Positions 59,117 through 64,000 of a stretch of 64,000 nt of DNA are shown here, one piece after another. The notes under the pieces were generated by a model. It saw only the letters and a program-made list of their open reading frames with translations, was not told where the DNA came from and did no database searches. Where the stretch lies: contig DATLRH010000006.1 in the NCBI GenBank assembly GCA_035534755.1, positions 8,829 to 72,828 of the forward strand, in the 5' to 3' direction. The stretch's first letter is position 1. Each line of letters begins with the position of its first letter. This DNA comes from Candidatus Dormiibacterota bacterium (lineage in GTDB: Bacteria; Chloroflexota; Dormibacteria; Aeolococcales; Bog-877). Both the position numbers and the translations under genes were made by a program.

Positions 59117-59243
59117 GGCGTCGGTCTCGCGCTCGTCTTAGCCCTACCTTCCGGATCCAGCCCGGGTCGCCGCGGTCGACCGCTCCCAGTTCCACTCCGT
59201 TCCCCAGCACGGGCGAGGAGAGCGGGGTGGGTGCCGGCAGCGG

Positions 59244-60554
59244 TCAAATCCGAGACCAGATCCGCTTCATCAAAAGCCGCGCCAGCTTGTCGGGATCATG
59301 GTGAGTGGTGATCGACGGGGAGACCAGGTCGCCGAGCACGTACTTGGCGTTCCGGCCGTGGCCGGCAGCGCGGCTGCGGTCGAAGGTGACCCGGTGCACG
59401 CCGGCCGTCTGGGCCGCCGATGAGAGGGGCAGGGTCAAGTTGCTATTCGCCACCACGTAGTCGAAGAGGCCACTGCCCACGTACCGTTCCAGGGTCTCGA
59501 CGTGGTCGTGGACCGCGTAGCCGGTGGTCTCGCCGGGTTGGGTCGCGACGTTGCACACGTAGACCTTGATCGCCGGGGTCGAGCGGAGGGCCTCGATCAT
59601 CCCGTCCACCAGCAGGTTGGGCAGCAGGCTGGTGTAGAGACTCCCCGGGCCGATCAGGACCATCTCGGCGTTCATGATCGCGAGCTGGGCCTCGGGATTG
59701 AGCCGCGGATGCTCGGGAACCAGAAAGACGCGCTGGATCGGCTCCCTTCCGGTCGGGACCCGGGACTCGCCCACCAGGACCTCTTCTCCGGCGATGGCGC
59801 AGAGAGTGACCGTCTCCAGGGTGGTGGGCACGATCTGGCCCCGAACCGCCAGCACTCGGCCCGACTCGCGCAGGGCGTGCTCGAAGTCTCCGGTGATGTC
59901 GCTCATGGCCATGATGAAGAGGTTGCCGAATGAGTGACCGCTGAGCGAGCCCTCCTTGAAGCGGTACTGGAACAGCTCGGTCATCAAGGGCTCGACGTCA
60001 GCCAGCGCGGTCAGGCACTGCCGGAAGTCGCCGGGAGGTAGCACCTTGTACTCAGCCCGAAGCCGCCCCGAGCTCCCGCCGTCGTCGGCGACGGTGACCA
60101 GGGCGGTCACGTTGCCACTGTGGCGCTTGATGCCTCGGAGCAGGGTGGAGAGCCCGGTGCCGCCCCCTACGGCGACGATCCGCGGCCCGCGCTGGAGCCG
60201 GCGAAAGTCATAGAGCCGCTCGACCAGGGCCTTGTCGCCGCCCGGCACGAAGGGACTCAGCAGGGAGCGGGTCAGCTTGTACATCCCCAGCGAGAGCAGG
60301 AAGAGTCCGATCCCGAGAAAGATCAGGGCCCGCACCCAGCGGGGCCAGAACTGCAGGGTCAGGTTGTAGGTGAAGGCGGGCAGCCGGGCGCTCTGGTAGA
60401 AGTCGCGGAGGGCGTAGCTGATGCCGAGCCCGATCCCCACGATCGCGACGATGGTGACCCCCACCCAACGCTTGACGTGGAGACCAGGAGTCAGCCAGCG
60501 CGTCACGCCAGATCCGACCCTTGGCGTTCGCATGACTGGCCGGGATCGTATCAC
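59244..60554 (-). CDS. YvcK/CofD-like (UPF0052, gluconeogenesis factor family) protein with an N-terminal 2-TM extension
   Basis: IVAVGGGTGLSTLLRGIK and VTVADDGGSSGRLR motifs, preceded by about 95 aa containing two hydrophobic helices. Confidence 0.85.
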   Translation of the reverse strand: MIRSRPVMRTPRVGSGVTRWLTPGLHVKRWVGVTIVAIVGIGLGISYALRDFYQSARLPAFTYNLTLQFWPRWVRALIFLGIGLFLLSLGMYKLTRSLLSPFVPGGDKALVERLYDFRRLQRGPRIVAVGGGTGLSTLLRGIKRHSGNVTALVTVADDGGSSGRLRAEYKVLPPGDFRQCLTALADVEPLMTELFQYRFKEGSLSGHSFGNLFIMAMSDITGDFEHALRESGRVLAVRGQIVPTTLETVTLCAIAGEEVLVGESRVPTGREPIQRVFLVPEHPRLNPEAQLAIMNAEMVLIGPGSLYTSLLPNLLVDGMIEALRSTPAIKVYVCNVATQPGETTGYAVHDHVETLERYVGSGLFDYVVANSNLTLPLSSAAQTAGVHRVTFDRSRAAGHGRNAKYVLGDLVSPSITTHHDPDKLARLLMKRIWSRI

Positions 60555-60707
60555 CGGCCCCGCTCTGGTCCGGCCCTGGGCCGGGGGTCGGCGCGAAGGG
60601 GGTCCGAAATCGCGCCGTATACTTTCGGCGCGCAGAGCCGAACCGCTCCGCTGGTGCTGAAGGAGGGTGCCATCACTGCTCAGGACCCGCCCCGCGAATC
60701 AGCTCAA

Positions 60708-61682
60708 GTGGTCCTCGACTCGGAGCCGGTCAGCGGTCGGGCGCCCATCCGTGCAGGCTTCGATCAGGAGCAGGCCTGGGTGTTCTTCCAGGGCGAGCAG
60801 CGGCGCTATAGCGACTCGCGCCTGGGCCTGATGACCCACGCCCTCCACTACGGCACGGCTTGCTTCGAGGGTATCCGCGGGTACTGGAACGAGAGCCACG
60901 AGCAGCTCTACCTCTTCCGGGTGGTCGAGCACTTTGAGCGGCTCCGGCAGTCGGCCTCCATCCTCCAGATGGCGCTGCCCTACTCCGCCCAGGAGCTGAC
61001 CGAATTGACGATCGCGCTTCTGCGCCGGAATCAGTTCCGCAGCGACACCTATGTTCGCCCCTTGGTCTACAAGGCGTCAGAAGAGATCGGGGTCCGGCTG
61101 CATGATCTCGAGGACGGATTCCTGATCTACGCGCAGCCTTACGGCGAGTACCTCGACCGCAGCCGCGGTCTGCGTTGCATGGTCTCCAGCTGGCGCCGGA
61201 TCGACGATAACGCGGCGCCCGCCCGAGCCAAGATCAGCGGCACCTACGTGAACTCGGCGCTGGCCAAGAGCGAGGCGGCCGCCAACGGCCTAGACGAAGC
61301 CATCGTGCTGGGCCAGGACGGCCACGTCTGCGAGGGCTCCGCAGAGAACCTCTTCATCATCCGCAAGGGGACCCTGATCACTCCAGGGGTGTCTGACAAC
61401 ATTCTGGAGGGGATCACGCGGGCCACCCTGATGCAGCTCTGGAGCGAGGACCTCGGCCTCCCGGTGGTGGAGCGGCCGATCGACCGCACCGAGCTCTACA
61501 TCGCGGACGAGGTGATCCTCTGCGGCACCGGGGCGCAGATCTCCTCGGTGGTCGAGATCGACCACCGCAAGGTAGGGGACGGGAAACCGGGTCCGTTCGC
61601 GCGCCAGCTCGACGAGCTCTACTTCCGGCTGGTCCGCGGTGAGATAGAGAAGTACCGGGAGTGGGGTACGCCGGTCTACTGA
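60708..61682 (+). CDS. ilvE: branched-chain amino acid aminotransferase (class IV PLP enzyme)
   Basis: AWVFFQGE...HALHYGTACFEGIRGY, the catalytic Lys region (AKISGTYVNSAL), and EGSAENLF. The start is placed at GTG 60708 because GC3 rises sharply there. GTG 60654 is an alternative. The track ORF from 60120 is antisense to yvcK. Confidence 0.85.
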   Translation: MVLDSEPVSGRAPIRAGFDQEQAWVFFQGEQRRYSDSRLGLMTHALHYGTACFEGIRGYWNESHEQLYLFRVVEHFERLRQSASILQMALPYSAQELTELTIALLRRNQFRSDTYVRPLVYKASEEIGVRLHDLEDGFLIYAQPYGEYLDRSRGLRCMVSSWRRIDDNAAPARAKISGTYVNSALAKSEAAANGLDEAIVLGQDGHVCEGSAENLFIIRKGTLITPGVSDNILEGITRATLMQLWSEDLGLPVVERPIDRTELYIADEVILCGTGAQISSVVEIDHRKVGDGKPGPFARQLDELYFRLVRGEIEKYREWGTPVY

Positions 61683-61706
61683 CCGCGGCTTCGGGCCGGG
61701 CCAGGG

Positions 61707-62882
61707 TCAGTCCCGCAGCGGACGTCCGAACTCCTGGCAGAACCGCTTGGTTGCCGCCTTGAGGTGGGCCTGCGCCCGGCTCCGCCTGAGATCGGGGGCC
61801 GGCTCGCCGGCGATCAGGGCGATCCGTCCGCCCAGCCGCTGAGCGGCGGCGACCGCTGCCGGCTCGGCGCTGCCGGTGATCACGACGCAGGCGATGTGAT
61901 GGCGGGAGCTCCGCCGGAGGACCTCTCCGGTGACCTTGCCCTCCAGACTGGCGGCGTCGAAGCGTCCCTCCCCGGTGATGACCAGGTCGGCCCCGGCGAG
62001 CTCCCGGTCGAGTCCGACCCAGTCGGCCACCAGCTCGACCCCGGACTCCAGCCGGGCCGCGCAGAATGCTGCCAGCCCGAAGGCAGTGCCCCCCGCAGCC
62101 CCCATGCCCGGCTGGGCCGGGTTGGGCGGCCGGATCAGGTCCCGGGCAACGATCTGAGCCAGTCGGCCGAGCCCCTGCTCAAGCTCGTGAGCGGTCTCCG
62201 GGTCGGCTCCCTTCTGAGGGCCGAAGACGGCTGCCGCCCCGAGCGGGCCTAGAAGCGGGCTCCGGACATCGCAGGCGGCCACCACCTCGAGCCCCCGCAG
62301 CCGGGGTGGAATCGGAGTGGCCACGATGCGCTCCAGCGCCCGCAGGCCCAGACCGCCGGGTCTGATCGGATCACCGTGCCGGTCCAGGAGTTGGAAACCG
62401 AGGGCCTGGGCCAGACCCGCCCCCCCGTCGCTGGAGGCGCTGCCCCCGAGACCGACCAGGACCCGCTCGGCCCCGCGGTCGATGGTCGCCAGCAGCAGTT
62501 CGCCCAGCCCCCGGGTGGTCGCCATCCCGGCGGTTTCTGGGCTGGGACTCTCCACCAGTCTGATCCCGCAGACCTGGGCCAACTCAATGACCGCCGTTTT
62601 CGGGCCGGCCTCGGGCCAGCCGACTCGGGCCGGGACCGGCTCCAGCAGGGGACCAGAGACCAATGAGACGAGCTGCTCTCCGCCCGAAGGCCCCACGATT
62701 GCGTCCAGGAACCCGTCTCCGCCGTCAGCCAGGGGAAGGGCACGGCAATCGATGCCCGGCCAGGCTGCCACCACCGCTTCCTTGATCGCGGCGGCGGCTT
62801 CTCGGGCAGTGAGCGAGCCCTTGAAGGCGTTGGGGGCAACCAGGACCCGGCCGATGGGTGCGGCGCGGGCAGCGGCGGACAT
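61707..62882 (-). CDS. glycerate kinase (GarK/GlxK family)
   Basis: N-terminal VLVAPNAFKGSLTA and LADGGDGF motifs of the Gly_kinase family. 391 aa. Confidence 0.85.
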   Translation of the reverse strand: MSAAARAAPIGRVLVAPNAFKGSLTAREAAAAIKEAVVAAWPGIDCRALPLADGGDGFLDAIVGPSGGEQLVSLVSGPLLEPVPARVGWPEAGPKTAVIELAQVCGIRLVESPSPETAGMATTRGLGELLLATIDRGAERVLVGLGGSASSDGGAGLAQALGFQLLDRHGDPIRPGGLGLRALERIVATPIPPRLRGLEVVAACDVRSPLLGPLGAAAVFGPQKGADPETAHELEQGLGRLAQIVARDLIRPPNPAQPGMGAAGGTAFGLAAFCAARLESGVELVADWVGLDRELAGADLVITGEGRFDAASLEGKVTGEVLRRSSRHHIACVVITGSAEPAAVAAAQRLGGRIALIAGEPAPDLRRSRAQAHLKAATKRFCQEFGRPLRD

Positions 62883-62960
62883 CCCCTAGGTGTAACTGAT
62901 GGCCCGGCGCGGGCGTACCCTCTGAAAGGCCGTCCGGGGATGATTAAAGGAGCGTGTACC

Positions 62961-62996
62961 ATGGGCGCCTCGGTCCATCGTCCAAGTTCCGAGTAG
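62961..62996 (+). other. 11-codon upstream ORF (MGASVHRPSSE) with a strong AAAGGAG Shine-Dalgarno, in frame with and ending 3 nt before the sensor gene ATG
   Basis: AAAGGAG lies 7 nt upstream of ATG 62961. A TAG at 62994-62996 is followed by GCC and then ATG 63000, in the same frame. Confidence 0.25.
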
Positions 62997-62999
62997 GCC

Positions 63000-64000
63000 A
63001 TGTCACGACTAACCGCCCGGCCGGTCCGGGCGCTCTCCGCCTGGCTCCGGCGGCTCTCGGGCCGAATCGTCCGCTGGCACCGGCTCAGCGTCCGGCGGCG
63101 AATCCTGGTCGCCATGCTGGCGGTCTCGGTGATTCCCCTGGCCATCTTCAGCCTGGCTGGGTTGGCCGCGCTCTCCGGACTGAATAGCGGCGCCCTCCAG
63201 ACCGCCAACAGCCAGCTCGAGGCGAGCCAGGGAGTTCACCTCCAGGACCTGGTCAACAGCAAGGCGCAGGTGATCAACAACGAGTTGGAGTCGGTTCAGG
63301 ACGAGGTGGCGCTCCTGAGCCAGGCGACCGGCCAGCGGCTGGTGCAGCCGCCCAGCCTGCCCCAGCCGGGTTCGGACATAGCCCTGTACGGTCCCGGGGC
63401 GCACGCATCCCAGCCTGGCCCGGAGGTGCTCGCCCTGCAGTCGCTGGGCAGTGAGCTGGCGCTGGTCTACCAGCAGCACCCGGAGGTCGCCGACGTCTGG
63501 GTCCAGCTCCCCGGGAGCGGCCTGGTGGCGGTCGCCCCCGCCTCGGCGATTCCCAGCGCTCAGAAGGCCAGCCAGGGCGAGCTCTCGCCCCCCACCAGCG
63601 CCTACCAGTCGGGCGTCAGCCGGGAGGCGGCCGCGCTCGAGAGCCCCCGCTGGCGCTCGCTGCTGCCCCAGGTCGCCCAATCGGTGGTCTGGACCCCGGT
63701 CTACAACAACCCGGCCGCCGGGGGTCCGACCGTGACGGTGGCGACCGAGACTCTCTCCGCCAACGGGATCGCCTTCTCGGTGGGCGCCAACATCACTGTC
63801 CAGAACCTGGTCAGCCACTTCCTGACCCGGTCCCCCGGACACGCCGAGGGCGGCTACGGCTTCCTGGTCAGTAGCGACGGAACCCTGCTCAGCTACTCGC
63901 CCAGCGGGCAGGCTGATCTGGGCAGCGTGCCCAGCCCCGCCCGCGGTACTCCCCTCGACCTGCTCGCCAAGACGAGTCCTTGGCTCCCGGTGGGCACCAG
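63000..64000 (+). CDS. membrane sensor protein with an extracytoplasmic Cache-like domain (N-terminal part; runs off the window end)
   Basis: No stop to the end of the window, so it is absent from the ORF track. Very high GC3. MSRLTARPVRALSAWLRR..., then TM helix ILVAMLAVSVIPLAIFSLAGLAALSGL, then a sensing domain of about 270 aa with the dCache-like pattern (…NNELESVQDEV…VWTPVYNNPAAGGPTVTVA…GYGFLVSSDGTLLSYSP). An MCP, histidine kinase or GGDEF output presumably lies downstream. Confidence 0.6.
   Translation, partial: MSRLTARPVRALSAWLRRLSGRIVRWHRLSVRRRILVAMLAVSVIPLAIFSLAGLAALSGLNSGALQTANSQLEASQGVHLQDLVNSKAQVINNELESVQDEVALLSQATGQRLVQPPSLPQPGSDIALYGPGAHASQPGPEVLALQSLGSELALVYQQHPEVADVWVQLPGSGLVAVAPASAIPSAQKASQGELSPPTSAYQSGVSREAAALESPRWRSLLPQVAQSVVWTPVYNNPAAGGPTVTVATETLSANGIAFSVGANITVQNLVSHFLTRSPGHAEGGYGFLVSSDGTLLSYSPSGQADLGSVPSPARGTPLDLLAKTSPWLPVGT

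Noticed and set aside
63009-63842. 277-aa minus-strand ORF at the window end
   Set aside because: Antisense to the Cache-sensor gene that starts at 63000. The sensor frame has a TM helix, a domain-like sequence and higher GC3.

Overview
This is a 64-kb, very GC-rich (about 70%) and densely packed bacterial chromosomal segment. Its gene content looks Actinomycetota-like: PadR, IclR, HxlR and OmpR-type regulators, an ArsA/HSP20 fusion, a YvcK with membrane extension, and an MprAB-like two-component system. About 60 protein-coding genes can be supported, many with overlapping stop/start codons (ATGA/GTGA). I see no rRNA, tRNA, tmRNA, RNase P RNA, CRISPR array, transposase, integrase or phage genes. 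Core genes include ychF, nfo, cca, rplI-dnaB, purA, ilvE, a DEAD-box helicase and a glycerate kinase. The accessory content is: (i) a CPBP/Abi protease and an ABC-2 exporter flanking a YhaO/YhaN-type SbcD/SbcC pair plus a signal-less BtuF-like binding protein; (ii) an operon of ArsA-HSP20, a coupled 78-aa ORF, an M50 protease, a NUDIX hydrolase and a CaCA exchanger; (iii) a roughly 12-kb operon rich in peptidases and amidases (ketopantoate-reductase::amidase fusion, Zn-ADH, M19, SDR, M20, DUF885, AstE/AspA-like, ABC-2 exporter, TusA-like) behind an orphan family-5 SBP lipoprotein; (iv) a 1.1-kb low-density region with two translationally coupled small ORFs and a decayed peptidoglycan-binding-domain gene; (v) an alpha/beta-hydrolase, membrane-anchored MurF-like ligase and Ddl-like ligase module outside any dcw context; (vi) an ABC/FtsX-type exporter with a 1009-aa permease. 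Many of the long ORFs in the six-frame track are antisense shadows of real genes, which is expected at this GC content. Real frames were chosen by recognisable domain motifs and third-position GC. Starts were often moved to internal ATG/GTG/TTG codons.
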